NCBI GenBank assembly: GCA_002364555.1
Contig: DEYM01000086.1
Span: forward strand, 1-50,912
From: Phycisphaerales bacterium UBA3158
Lineage (GTDB): Bacteria; Planctomycetota; Phycisphaerae; Phycisphaerales; SM1A02
Reading direction: 5' to 3'
DNA length: 50,912 nucleotides
The position numbers and the translations under genes are program-made. Numbering within the stretch: the stretch's first letter is position 1; every line of letters begins with the position of its first letter. Shown one piece after another: positions 37,348-46,829 of this stretch. The notes beneath the pieces are model-generated. The model did no database searches. It was given only the letters and a program-made list of their open reading frames with translations, and had not been told where the DNA came from.

Positions 37348-39354
37348 TCAATACGCTCTCTTATCAAGGCCTTCACGCCAGTTCAGATAGGCCTGATTGA
37401 GCACCTTGAGGCCCCCGGGCGTCGGATAATCACCCGTGAAGTACCAATCGCCCTTGAAAGCGGGGATCGACTGGTGGAGTCCCTCGATGGATTGGTAGAC
37501 CACATCCAGCTGCCCCTTCCATTCCGAATCGGAGGGGCGAATGAGCTGGGCGATCTTTTTTTCAATATCGCTCTGTGTAAACGGTTCATAGAGCCTGGCG
37601 ACGTGGTTTTTCATACTTTCGGCCGGCAGATCCGCCTGTGCCCGGCAATCCGCTTCGACCAGTTCGATGATCTTCTCCTGGCCGGTGTCCTTGAGCAGGG
37701 ACACGGCGGCCTGGAAGGCGACGAAGTGATCCAGCTGGCTCATGTCGATTCCGTAGCAGTCGGGATAGCAGATCGGTGGTGCTGAACTGACGATGATGAT
37801 CCTGGCGGGATTCAGTCTTCCCAGGATCGTGATGATCGATTCCTTCAGTGTCGTCCCCCGGACGATCGAGTCATCGATCATGACCAGTGTGTCGCTCGGA
37901 AGCACGATGTCCCTGACGATGTCGTAGATGTGCATCACGAGATCGCGACGAGCGGCATCATGGGTGATGAACGTCCGAAGTTTCTGATCCTTGTGGGCGA
38001 CGCGTTCGGAGCGAACGAGATCCATCTGGAGCGACAGCAGCTCCTCTCGTTCCACGGTGCCTTTCTGGATGTGGTCCCAGACATTGTCGACCTGTCTCAG
38101 GCGGACAAGTCTCTGTGCCTCCTGGACCAGTCCGAGATAGGCCGTCTCGGCCGTGTTGGGGACGAAGCTGAACACGGCGGAGCCGACATTCCAGTCGATC
38201 AGATCCAGAACTCTCTTCGCCAGATGGCAGCCCAGCTGCTTTCGTTCACGATAGATGTCGGGATCATTTCCACGGCTGAAGTAGATGCGTTCGAACGTGC
38301 ACTGCTTCTCCGGGACAGGATCGGTGAATCGATCGAGAGTGACCGTTCCATCTCGCTTGATCGCCAGCACATGTCCCGGCGGAATCGGATGGACATCCTC
38401 TGGCTTGATGTTGAACACCGTGGAAAGCGGGGGTCTTTCCGAGGCCACGGCGATCACATCATCGGTCTCCACCCAGAATCCGGGCCTGATCCCGGCGGGG
38501 TCTCGACAGACAAAGGCATCTCCATTGCCAAGAAGTCCGCTGAAGACATAACCGCCATCCCATCCTTCCGAGGCTCGTCTGATCACCTTCGTGAGATCGA
38601 TGTCCTGCGAGATGCCCATGGCCAGTTCCCGGCCTTCGAGGCCCAGGAACGAGCCCGGGCCCATGGCCTTTCGAAGATGGCGATGTTCAAGATCGAGGAA
38701 ATAGCCCAGACGTTCCAGTATCACCTGCGTGTCGGAATCCCCGACCGGATTCAATCCATATTCGACCAGCTGTTCGAAGAGCTCAGCCGAATTGGTCATG
38801 TTGAAATTGCCGGCAACGGCCAGATTTCGACTGGCGGTGTTGTCCTTCCGAAGAAGCGGATGGCAGTTCGACACGCCTCGTCCCGAGTGGGTGCCGTATC
38901 TCAGATGTCCGAGGTAGATCTCTCCGAGAAAATCACAGGCCGTCTTCAGTTCGGTCTCGTTCTCCGAGTGGAGCGTCGTCTTCTGCAGAACACCCATGTC
39001 ACGGGTTGTGGCATCGAGTATCCGTGCAAGGGCATTTCGTTTGGTTGTCCGCATTCTTCGCAGGAATGGAACGCCGGGGGGCATGTCGAGTTTGATCGTG
39101 GCGATGCCGGCGCCGTCCTGCCCGCGGTTGCGTTGCTTCTCCATCAGAAGATGAAGGCGCCGCAGACCCCACGCCGCGTCTCCGTGACGTTCCTGAATGA
39201 CATGGAGCGGCTGTTTCAGCCGCACCAGTGCCAAACCACATTCATGACCGATTGGATCACTCAAGGAGGTCGAAGGGTACTCTCCCGAGCCGATCGGGGC
39301 CACCGCGTGTAGGCTTATGTTCATGAGTTCATCAGAAGATCTCACCAAGCTCAT
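37348..39354 (-). CDS. purF: Amidophosphoribosyltransferase, long form (class-II glutamine amidotransferase + PRTase)
   Basis: Ntn-type HECGLALVRLKQPL, then LMEKQRNRGQDGAGIA, and the PRTase motif LVMIDDSIVRGTTLKESI. The start is uncertain (39354 or 39324). The 39501 start of the longest ORF is unlikely because that extension is low-complexity and overlaps a better-looking + strand ORF. Confidence 0.85.
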   Translation of the reverse strand: MSLVRSSDELMNISLHAVAPIGSGEYPSTSLSDPIGHECGLALVRLKQPLHVIQERHGDAAWGLRRLHLLMEKQRNRGQDGAGIATIKLDMPPGVPFLRRMRTTKRNALARILDATTRDMGVLQKTTLHSENETELKTACDFLGEIYLGHLRYGTHSGRGVSNCHPLLRKDNTASRNLAVAGNFNMTNSAELFEQLVEYGLNPVGDSDTQVILERLGYFLDLEHRHLRKAMGPGSFLGLEGRELAMGISQDIDLTKVIRRASEGWDGGYVFSGLLGNGDAFVCRDPAGIRPGFWVETDDVIAVASERPPLSTVFNIKPEDVHPIPPGHVLAIKRDGTVTLDRFTDPVPEKQCTFERIYFSRGNDPDIYRERKQLGCHLAKRVLDLIDWNVGSAVFSFVPNTAETAYLGLVQEAQRLVRLRQVDNVWDHIQKGTVEREELLSLQMDLVRSERVAHKDQKLRTFITHDAARRDLVMHIYDIVRDIVLPSDTLVMIDDSIVRGTTLKESIITILGRLNPARIIIVSSAPPICYPDCYGIDMSQLDHFVAFQAAVSLLKDTGQEKIIELVEADCRAQADLPAESMKNHVARLYEPFTQSDIEKKIAQLIRPSDSEWKGQLDVVYQSIEGLHQSIPAFKGDWYFTGDYPTPGGLKVLNQAYLNWREGLDKRAY

Positions 39355-39412
39355 ATCAGCGGCCTCGGCCTGCTGGAACCAGATCGCCCGTTTCTCGTGG
39401 GAATCCTTCCAG

Positions 39413-39676
39413 ATGTCCGGCCGTGGGGCCGTGCTGGTTCTTGCGGAGGATCTGCTCGCCGTCTGGGCTGAATCAGGGCCTGGCAAGCCCGATGTGCCCA
39501 TGAACTACTTCGCCAGGGAGGATGTCCCCAGTGGAGATGATTTTCGCTCTCTCATGGACACCTACAAACCGGACTGCCAGGTCATGCTCATGATCGGCGG
39601 TCTTCAGGATGGTGAGCAGGTCATGATTCTGGAAGCCAGCGACGGCCAGCGGGTGAGACCCGACTCGTTCGTCTGA
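39413..39676 (+). CDS. Small hypothetical protein
   Basis: The ORF has coding-like third-position GC bias (ATG TCC GGC CGT GGG GCC GTG CTG ...). It fills the otherwise empty interval between purF and the ahcY 3' end. The start could be as early as 39317. I recognised no family. Confidence 0.45.
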   Translation: MSGRGAVLVLAEDLLAVWAESGPGKPDVPMNYFAREDVPSGDDFRSLMDTYKPDCQVMLMIGGLQDGEQVMILEASDGQRVRPDSFV

Positions 39677-39721
39677 TCTCGATCCACTGGCCGTCGCCGG
39701 TTAAACGTGATTTTCGTCAAA

Positions 39722-41218
39722 TCAGTATCGGTAGAACTCGGGCTTGTAGGGGCCTTCCATGGGCAGGTCGAGATACTCGGACTGCTCAGGAGTGAGCGAG
39801 GTGAGCTTCGCACCCAGCTTCTCGAGATGGAGGCGGGCCACCATCTCGTCGAGCTTCTTGGGAAGCGTGGTCACACCAATGGCATACTCCTTGTGGTTCG
39901 AATGGAGTTCCATCTGGGCGAGGACCTGATTCGTGAAGGAAGCGCTCATGACGAAGCTTGGGTGGCCGGTGGCACAGCCCAGATTCAGGAGACGACCTTC
40001 GGCGAGAACGATGATGGAATGGCCATCCTTGAACTTCCACTCGTGGACCTGGTCCTTGACGAAGATCTGTTCGACGCCGTCGATCTTGCCCAATCCGGCC
40101 ATGTCGATCTCATTGTCGAAGTGACCGATGTTGCCCACGATCGCGTTGTGCTTCATGGAAGCCATGTTCTGGGCGGTGATGACGTCCTTGTTGCCGGTGG
40201 TGGTGACGAAGAGGTCCGCTTCGCCGACGACATCCTCGAGGACGACGACTTCGTAGCCCTCCATGGTTGCCTGAAGGGCGCAGATCGGATCGATCTCGGT
40301 GACCAGGACCCTGCAGCCTTGTCCGCGGAGGGACTGGCAGCAGCCCTTGCCGACATCGCCGTAGCCGCATACCACGGCGACCTTGCCTGCGAGCATGACA
40401 TCGGTGGCTCGCATGATGCCATCGACGCAGGAGTGTCGGCATCCGTACAGGTTGTCGAACTTGCTCTTGGTGACGGCATCGTTGACGTTGATGGCGGGGA
40501 AGAGAAGTTCACCCTTCTCGGCCATCTGATACAGACGATGGACGCCGGTGGTGGTCTCCTCGGAGACACCATTGATCTCTTCGGCGATCGGCTTCCAGAA
40601 TGCTGGATGTGTGGCCTGGAGGGTCTCCAGAAGGGACAGCACGCACACGAATTCCTCCGACTCGGCAGTGGAGGGGTCCGGTACGGATCCGGCATTGTCG
40701 AATTCAAGTCCCTGATGGATGAGCAAGGTCGCATCACCACCGTCATCGAGGATGAGGTTGGGACCGTTGCCGTCACCCCAGTGAAGAGCCTGGAAGGTGC
40801 ACCACCAGTATTCCTCGAGTGTTTCACCCTTCCAGGCGAAGACGGGGACGCCCTTGGGATTGTCGGCCGTTCCATTTGGACCAACGGCGACAGCTGCCGC
40901 GGCGTGATCCTGAGTCGAGAAGATGTTGCAGCTTGCCCAGCGGACCTGGGCACCCAGATCGACGAGCGTCTCGATGAGAACAGCTGTCTGGATGGTCATG
41001 TGGAGTGAGCCGGTGATGCGAGCGCCCTTGAGCGGCTTGCTGCCGGAATACTTGTCACGAAGCGCCATCAGACCGGGCATCTCGTGCTCGGCGAGCTCGA
41101 TTTCCTTGCGGCCGAACGTGATGGTTTCCTCTGAGAGGTCGCTGACCTTGAAGGGGAGGTCGCTCATGAGTGGTAGGTTTGTGTTCATGAAGGTTTCTGA
41201 AAGCGTGGTCGTGCTCAC
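39722..41218 (-). CDS. ahcY: Adenosylhomocysteinase
   Basis: [22 protein letters not shown]...[28 protein letters not shown]-binding [13 protein letters not shown]-terminal [22 protein letters not shown]. The longest ORF starts at GTG 41218, and in-frame ATGs at 41188 and 41167 are alternatives. Confidence 0.93.
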   Translation of the reverse strand: MSTTTLSETFMNTNLPLMSDLPFKVSDLSEETITFGRKEIELAEHEMPGLMALRDKYSGSKPLKGARITGSLHMTIQTAVLIETLVDLGAQVRWASCNIFSTQDHAAAAVAVGPNGTADNPKGVPVFAWKGETLEEYWWCTFQALHWGDGNGPNLILDDGGDATLLIHQGLEFDNAGSVPDPSTAESEEFVCVLSLLETLQATHPAFWKPIAEEINGVSEETTTGVHRLYQMAEKGELLFPAINVNDAVTKSKFDNLYGCRHSCVDGIMRATDVMLAGKVAVVCGYGDVGKGCCQSLRGQGCRVLVTEIDPICALQATMEGYEVVVLEDVVGEADLFVTTTGNKDVITAQNMASMKHNAIVGNIGHFDNEIDMAGLGKIDGVEQIFVKDQVHEWKFKDGHSIIVLAEGRLLNLGCATGHPSFVMSASFTNQVLAQMELHSNHKEYAIGVTTLPKKLDEMVARLHLEKLGAKLTSLTPEQSEYLDLPMEGPYKPEFYRY

Positions 41219-41257
41219 GGCTGGAGACTCCTGAAAGGCGAGCTGTGTTGGTCACGA

Positions 41258-41289
41258 ATATATTCATATATCCGGATATATGAATATAT
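41258..41289. repeat. Perfect 32-nt AT-rich palindrome (candidate operator / divergent promoter element)
   Basis: ATATATTCATATATCC|GGATATATGAATATAT. I checked all 16 base pairs by hand and they are complementary around the centre at 41273/41274. It lies 40 nt upstream of the ahcY GTG and 184 nt upstream of atpC. Confidence 0.9.
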
Positions 41290-41472
41290 GAGGCCTAATC
41301 GTGTATGTCAAGTACTTCAATGGTCCGCTTCGGGGCTCGAAAACGATGCAACACTCCCAAGTCTCGCTACACTTTGCCCCAGATCAAGGTCCTGGAAGGG
41401 CTCTGGGGTCTTCTGCTGGAAGGTGACAGCTGAAACCTCTTCCCCAAGTACCTGAACCTGGAGTGTCTACCC

Positions 41473-41886
41473 GTGAGCAGTTCTTTCAGATGTGCCGTAA
41501 TGACGCCCGATGGGGCTGCCTTCGATGGAGATGTCTCCTATGCCTCCTTCCCGGCATGGGATGGTCAGTACGGTGTCATGGCAGGCATGTCTCCATTGCT
41601 TGACCGTCTTGGCATCGGTCCACTCCGGCTCGATACCGATAGTGGTACGGAATGGTTTTCCATCGAAGAGGGATTCGCGCATGTGCGTGACAACACGCTG
41701 ACGATTCTCAGTGAATCCGTCTATTCCGTGAAGGATCTTTCGATCAACGAACTGCAGCAGGAACTGAGGCAGTTTGAAGCAGCAGAGGATGCCAGTCAGT
41801 TGTCCGACGAACGCAACCGCGAACTCAAGCGACTCAAGACTCGACTTGAACTGGCTGAGCATCATGGCGGTGCTCGATCAGCATGA
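41473..41886 (+). CDS. atpC: F-type ATP synthase epsilon subunit (no other atp gene in the window)
   Basis: GTG start. FRCAVMTPDGAAFDGDVSYASFPAWDGQYGVMAGMSPLLDRLGIGPLRL and FSIEEGFAHVRDNTLTILSESV match the epsilon beta-sandwich pattern. A helical C-terminus follows. Confidence 0.8.
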   Translation: MSSSFRCAVMTPDGAAFDGDVSYASFPAWDGQYGVMAGMSPLLDRLGIGPLRLDTDSGTEWFSIEEGFAHVRDNTLTILSESVYSVKDLSINELQQELRQFEAAEDASQLSDERNRELKRLKTRLELAEHHGGARSA

Positions 41887-42605
41887 GTGAAGCAGGCAAG
41901 TCCGATTCAACAAGTACCCAGCTGACCGAGTCGTCCGGACTTTCCCTGACGGCGCGGCTGGAGGCGGTCCTTCTGGCCGCCGAACGTTCGCTCGGGGACG
42001 CGAGACTGGCAGAAGCCGTTTCCGAAGAGGGTGAGTCGGTCAAGTCAGATGCGATTCGCGAAGCGGTCGAGAATCTGAACGAACAGTATGAGCAGACCGG
42101 TCGCGTCTTCCGCATCGTGCGGATTGCCTCCGGCTGGAGAGTCATGACGGTTCCCGAGGCCGCTCCCGTGCTCAAGCGTCTGCTGGCCCAGAGGCAGCAG
42201 AGCAAGTTGACTCCGGCGACTCTGGAGACGCTTTCGATCATCGCCTACAGGCAGCCGGTCATGCGGGCTGAAATCGAGGCGATCCGCGGAGTGGCGTGTG
42301 GCGATGTCCTTCGAGGACTGCTCGAGCGTCGCCTGGTACGCATCGCGGGTCGTGCGGAAGAACTGGGCAGACCGATGCTCTACGGCACGACAAGGGAATT
42401 CCTGAAGGTTTTCGGGCTCGCTGGCATCGATGATCTGCCTGATGTCGAGGGACTCCCCCGGGAACCATCGCATCGTGTGGCGGTTGCCAAGTCCGATCCC
42501 GATCAGAAAGACGAGCCGGACAAGAGCGACTCCGAAGAGTCCTCTCCGGATCCCGACGCGGTCTCCGACGAATCGACTGCCGTCAGCGCGACCGAAGAAG
42601 ACTGA
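41883..42605 (+). CDS. scpB: Segregation and condensation protein B
   Basis: LEAVLLAAERSL..., LTPATLETLSIIAYRQPVMRAEIEAIRGV...VLRGLLERRLVRIAGRAEELGRPMLYGTTREFLKVFGL is canonical ScpB. The C-terminal tail is acidic. ATGA overlap with atpC. Confidence 0.9.
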   Translation: MSEAGKSDSTSTQLTESSGLSLTARLEAVLLAAERSLGDARLAEAVSEEGESVKSDAIREAVENLNEQYEQTGRVFRIVRIASGWRVMTVPEAAPVLKRLLAQRQQSKLTPATLETLSIIAYRQPVMRAEIEAIRGVACGDVLRGLLERRLVRIAGRAEELGRPMLYGTTREFLKVFGLAGIDDLPDVEGLPREPSHRVAVAKSDPDQKDEPDKSDSEESSPDPDAVSDESTAVSATEED

Positions 42606-42672
42606 TATTTATCAATGGCAAAGCCCGACTCGGGTGCCTCTTCCCTCAGTCACGTCGTAGCATGTCAATGAG

Positions 42673-43815
42673 ATGAATCGAACCCTCCCGGTCAGCGCGC
42701 CAGTCATCTATTTGCTTCTGTTGTTCCTTCTGGGGCCAGCAGCCTTGATGCAGGGAAACAATCCACTGCTCTGGATGTTGTGTGTGCTCGTCGTGATCGG
42801 AGTGGTGGCCTGGTACCTGACCAGGCAGATGCTCAATGATCTGCAGATCAGGCGGATGCTTCCGGATCACGGTCAGGTCGGGCAGGTGGTACCGGTTGGG
42901 TACCAGTTGTCCAGGACGAGCCAGTATCTGCCGGCCTTCGACATCACCGTCACCGAGCATCTGTCCGACATGATGAAAGAGGCCTCCTCCGCCTGGATTC
43001 TCCATGTCGGACCTGGAGAGACGGTCCACGGCGAGGGTCTGTTCGTGCCAACCAGACGAGGACGGCTCGTCTTCAAAGAGGTCGAGGTTCGAACAGCGTT
43101 TCCCATGGGCATCATCCCGAGAAGGAAACGTCTGCACGTGCCTCAGGATCTGAGGATCTATCCGAAGACACATCCGCTGCGACCAGATTTGATCCGTTCG
43201 CTTCTGGGCACCGGTGGCCAGGGGCGTCGAAGCATCGACCGCAACGGGAACGGTCTTGACTATTTCGGCACACGTTCCGTTCGATCAGGCGATGGAATCA
43301 GGGACATCGCCTGGAAGATCTCGGCTCGTCGCAACGAGTGGATCGCCCTGGAACGATCTCTCCCCGCTTCGCCGAGAATCCGAGTGGTGCTTGATCTGAC
43401 CACTCCGACCGACGACCTGCAGGTCTCGAGCGATGAACGATGGACACCGGCGCAGCTGGAAGAGGACGCGATCAGCCTGGCGGCTTCCATCCTCCAGGAT
43501 GCCTCGAGTCGGGGGTATGACATTGGTCTCACCGTTCAGGGACTGGATTGTCCAGTGCATGGATTGAGGGGAGGCCCTCGTCATCTTGGCCGGATTCTGG
43601 GCGCCCTATCCGATCTCGACCTCACGCAGGATCGGCGTGCCTGGGCTGCGATCCCCGAACGGGAGCGTGCGGGGCTCGTGGTGGTGCATCCGGATCGAGT
43701 TCGAAAAACCCTCAAGCGTTCCGATGTCTGGCATCTGACGGCGCGGCAACTGGATGATCTCGTTGCAAGCGGAATCGATTCCGATGCGCCTGAAGTGGAG
43801 GGGAGCGTCGCATGA
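42673..43815 (+). CDS. DUF58 domain-containing protein
   Basis: Two N-terminal TM helices are followed by the DUF58 signature GDGIRDIAWKISARRNEW. It lies directly upstream of a transglutaminase-domain membrane protein, which is the usual DUF58-TgpA pairing. Confidence 0.8.
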   Translation: MNRTLPVSAPVIYLLLLFLLGPAALMQGNNPLLWMLCVLVVIGVVAWYLTRQMLNDLQIRRMLPDHGQVGQVVPVGYQLSRTSQYLPAFDITVTEHLSDMMKEASSAWILHVGPGETVHGEGLFVPTRRGRLVFKEVEVRTAFPMGIIPRRKRLHVPQDLRIYPKTHPLRPDLIRSLLGTGGQGRRSIDRNGNGLDYFGTRSVRSGDGIRDIAWKISARRNEWIALERSLPASPRIRVVLDLTTPTDDLQVSSDERWTPAQLEEDAISLAASILQDASSRGYDIGLTVQGLDCPVHGLRGGPRHLGRILGALSDLDLTQDRRAWAAIPERERAGLVVVHPDRVRKTLKRSDVWHLTARQLDDLVASGIDSDAPEVEGSVA

Positions 43816-46046
43816 ATCTACTCAAGCTCTATCCACTGATGAGCTTCGCGGTGATTCTGCTGGCGATCGTCGGTCAGTGCCTCTCGCAACGACATCCATG
43901 GCTTCTGCTCGCCGCGGGGGGGCTGGCGGCGTTGAGCCGGACGATTTCAGATGGCCCGCGGGGCATCACGCTCTCCAGGCCCGTGTCGCTGTTTCTCACG
44001 TCGGTGGCGCTCATCTGGAGCGTGGTCTTCGCGATGGGCAATCTCGAGCAGCCTGTGCCGGCCATTGGCCAGTTCGTGGTCTGGTTGACCGTCATCAAGC
44101 TGTACGAACGCCACACGCTGGAGAACGAGGCTGAACGATTGATTCTTTCACTGCTTCTGATGGTGCTTGCCTGTCTGATCTCCATCGATCTCATCTTCGG
44201 TTTCCTGCTGATCGCCTGGTCCACGCTCGGGTTGATCACGCTGATGCTCTTCCAGTTGACGTGCGCCGCTGAAAAGGCACAGCAGCAGCGAGCACGGGTC
44301 CTGGGCATCGCCGCTGAGGTTGCGCCCAATCCGGTTTCCGGGACAGGTGTACGCAAGCACTATCGAAATACCACACTTGCCTCGACATTGTTCATCTTCC
44401 TCATCTCCACCACGATGTTCCTCCTGTTCCCGAGAGGATTGACATCGAAGCTTTCAACGGTGGCCCTGCGTTCGATGGCGCCACGTGAAGTCGGTCTGAG
44501 CGAGGGGGTCGATCTGCTGGGCCAGACTCGCATATCGCTTTCGGCCGAGCAGGTCCTCTCCGTTGGTCTGGAGAACGAGGAGGGGGAGATGATCCAGCTC
44601 AATCGGGCCCTGCGTCTTCGCGCCTCGGCGTTGACGGCCTATCGAGGAGATGGAATCTGGGATGCCGAATCGTTCGGGATGACCAATTTCGAGATCCAGC
44701 CAGAGCAGTGGAAGTCGTTCTTCATGACCTCGGACGATTCGGAGATCGTTCTGCAGGACGTGATTCTGGACTCGCCGAGCGAGCAGCTCGTGTCCATGTC
44801 GGTTCCGGTCAGTCTGGAGACGCAGATCGGAACCAGCATCATCTTTCGTCCATCCAGTCAGACGATCCGTGTGAAGCGAGATTCGCCGACCCCACTGGCA
44901 TATCGAATACAGGCCATTCCTGAGCCGCCGTTGTTTCGCTCGATGACCTCATTCAATGCGGAGCCCGGCTTGCCTTCGCCCAATGCGTATCAGAATCCAA
45001 GGGTCAGAGCTCTGGCGGTCTCCCTTCTCGAGTCGGCGGGACTATCCGAGTCCGCACCCTTGAATACCGAATCACGTCTTCAATGGAACATCGACGCGGC
45101 ACGCGTGTTCGAGCAACACCTGAAATACGGAGATTTCGAATACACCCTGGATCTCACCGAGGTGGGGGCATCGGAGGAGATGTCGAAGATGGATCCGGTG
45201 GAGCGTTTTCTGCTTCATCAGCAGTTCGGGCATTGTGAGTACTTCGCGTCGGCCTTGATGGGGCTCTGTCACAGTGTCGAGATCTCGTCGAGGCTGGTCA
45301 CGGGATATGTGACCAATCGATTCGATGAAACCACCGGCCGCTACATCGCACTCAAGTCGGACGCCCATGCATGGAATGAAATCATCGGACCAGGTCCTCG
45401 CTGGGTCGTGTTCGATCCCACGCCACCGGCGAACGTTCCGGGTACTCGAGCAATCACCATGGGCCCGATCGATCGTCTCTTCTGGTTCTGGAGCTGGTTG
45501 GAAGGCCAGTGGAGATTCAATGTCCTTGGATACGACACGGAGACGCAGGAATACCTGTCCGATTCCATGTTCCCCGGCATCAAGGAGGATCTTGCGGCCG
45601 GACTGGATTCAGTTGGCGAGACGATCCTGGACATCAGGAATTCGATCGGCATCGGCAGCATCATCTCGATCTTGATCTCCCTCCTGCTGGGTGGTGTGGT
45701 TGTCGTGATCGTCGTCTGGAGCAGTCGTCGAAGGCGTCGTCGCATTCTTCGCTACGCCAATGCCGAGGGGCTGTCTTCCGTCGAAGTTCGTCGACTCATG
45801 AAACATCTGGGGTTCTACTACGAGATGCTCGAGCGGTTGTCCCTGGCAGGGCTGTCCAAGCCGTCCTGGCAGCCTCCGATCGCCTTTGCTCGTACGCTTG
45901 AGCACTCCCATCCTGAACTGTCATCCAAGGTGGGTGAGATGGCCAGCTGGTACTACGCGATGCGATACGGTGGGGATCATGATTCAAAGGCCGATCTTCG
46001 AATGAGGCAGGTGCTTGAAGAACTTGATGAGGCGTTGAAAGAGTGA
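43812..46046 (+). CDS. Transglutaminase-domain membrane protein (TgpA-like)
   Basis: An N-terminal multi-TM region (DUF3488-like) is followed by a transglutaminase core with Cys (QQFGHCEYFASAL), His (DAHAWNEI) and Asp (VVFDPT). A further TM and an RRRRRR stretch lie near the C-terminus. Confidence 0.85.
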   Translation: MNLLKLYPLMSFAVILLAIVGQCLSQRHPWLLLAAGGLAALSRTISDGPRGITLSRPVSLFLTSVALIWSVVFAMGNLEQPVPAIGQFVVWLTVIKLYERHTLENEAERLILSLLLMVLACLISIDLIFGFLLIAWSTLGLITLMLFQLTCAAEKAQQQRARVLGIAAEVAPNPVSGTGVRKHYRNTTLASTLFIFLISTTMFLLFPRGLTSKLSTVALRSMAPREVGLSEGVDLLGQTRISLSAEQVLSVGLENEEGEMIQLNRALRLRASALTAYRGDGIWDAESFGMTNFEIQPEQWKSFFMTSDDSEIVLQDVILDSPSEQLVSMSVPVSLETQIGTSIIFRPSSQTIRVKRDSPTPLAYRIQAIPEPPLFRSMTSFNAEPGLPSPNAYQNPRVRALAVSLLESAGLSESAPLNTESRLQWNIDAARVFEQHLKYGDFEYTLDLTEVGASEEMSKMDPVERFLLHQQFGHCEYFASALMGLCHSVEISSRLVTGYVTNRFDETTGRYIALKSDAHAWNEIIGPGPRWVVFDPTPPANVPGTRAITMGPIDRLFWFWSWLEGQWRFNVLGYDTETQEYLSDSMFPGIKEDLAAGLDSVGETILDIRNSIGIGSIISILISLLLGGVVVVIVVWSSRRRRRRILRYANAEGLSSVEVRRLMKHLGFYYEMLERLSLAGLSKPSWQPPIAFARTLEHSHPELSSKVGEMASWYYAMRYGGDHDSKADLRMRQVLEELDEALKE

Positions 46047-46750
46047 AACACGGACATGATGAAATCCATTCATTGGATGCATGCCTCCCGCATGAGTCCG
46101 CCATCGACTCCCTGCAGCAGGCATGGTTGAGGGCCAACGTGTCCTCGGGTGACCGCCTGCTGGATCTGGGGTGCGGTTGTGGTCGAACGCTTGTTCCACT
46201 GGCGCGGGCCGGTGCAATCTGCACGGGTCTCGATCAGGAGTCTTCCGTGCTTGATGAGTGTCGCCAGTCGCTGGAGTCCAGTCGGGCGACCGCGGAGCTG
46301 GTGAATGCGGAGTGCATCGAATGGCTCGGTGCCACGGATGGGACATGGGACGTGGTCTGTTGCCTGGGGAATACATTGTGCCAGTTCTGGCAGATCGATC
46401 AGGCGATCGAGCTGCTGGTGCGCATCCGTCGACGTCTCGAACCGGGAGGCTTTCTGGTCATCGACGACATACCCGGTGATCTGTGGCCCGAGCTCACCCA
46501 GGGCAACTGGCAGGCCGGCCTGGATCATGAGCAGGGAAGGCAGCTTGTCTGGTCCGCGGATGATGCGGTGTTTGCCATTCGATCTTCCTCAAACATTGAT
46601 GAGAACGACTGGGATATTGGCCCCGATGACGATCCGCTTCGTCTCTGGACAGCGTCCCATCTGCAGTTGGTCGCGCGAATTGCGGGTTATTCCGTTCCAC
46701 TTGTTCCGAAGAATTCAAGTGTGCGGGTTCTGCGGCCGGTCGGCGATTAA
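46043..46750 (+). CDS. Class I SAM-dependent methyltransferase
   Basis: Motif I is RLLDLGCGCGRTLVPLA, with post-I and motif II-like segments DVVCCLGNTL and GGFLVID. The GTG start overlaps the upstream TGA (GTGA). Confidence 0.75.
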   Translation: MKHGHDEIHSLDACLPHESAIDSLQQAWLRANVSSGDRLLDLGCGCGRTLVPLARAGAICTGLDQESSVLDECRQSLESSRATAELVNAECIEWLGATDGTWDVVCCLGNTLCQFWQIDQAIELLVRIRRRLEPGGFLVIDDIPGDLWPELTQGNWQAGLDHEQGRQLVWSADDAVFAIRSSSNIDENDWDIGPDDDPLRLWTASHLQLVARIAGYSVPLVPKNSSVRVLRPVGD

Positions 46751-46829
46751 CACTTGCATCCTTGATGACAACCACGCTGAAGCGGCCCATCGTGGCTGAC
46801 GATAGGCGGTGAAGTAATCAACTTCACGA

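Noticed and set aside
39355-39501. N-terminal extension of about 50 aa on purF from the longest ORF start at 39501.
   Set aside because: The extension (MGTSGLPGPDSAQTASRSSARTSTAPRPD...) is low-complexity and precedes the conserved Ntn-amidotransferase N-terminus by far too much. It also overlaps a + strand ORF with better coding character.
36036-41008. Long + strand ORFs of 417, 460 and 433 aa (36036..37289, 37930..39312, 39707..41008), and similar antisense ORFs elsewhere (e.g. 1126..1821, 4088..4771, 6289..6972, 8412..9290, 18680..19408, 23960..24706, 32921..33775, 46839..47699, 49130..49909).
   Set aside because: Each lies antisense to, or out of frame with, a gene that has unmistakable family motifs (rpsD, ppiD-like, purF, ahcY, fliF, ileS, ppdK and others). 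Their translations are low-complexity and Arg/Gly/Asp-rich. They are the shadow ORFs typical of GC3-biased coding regions.
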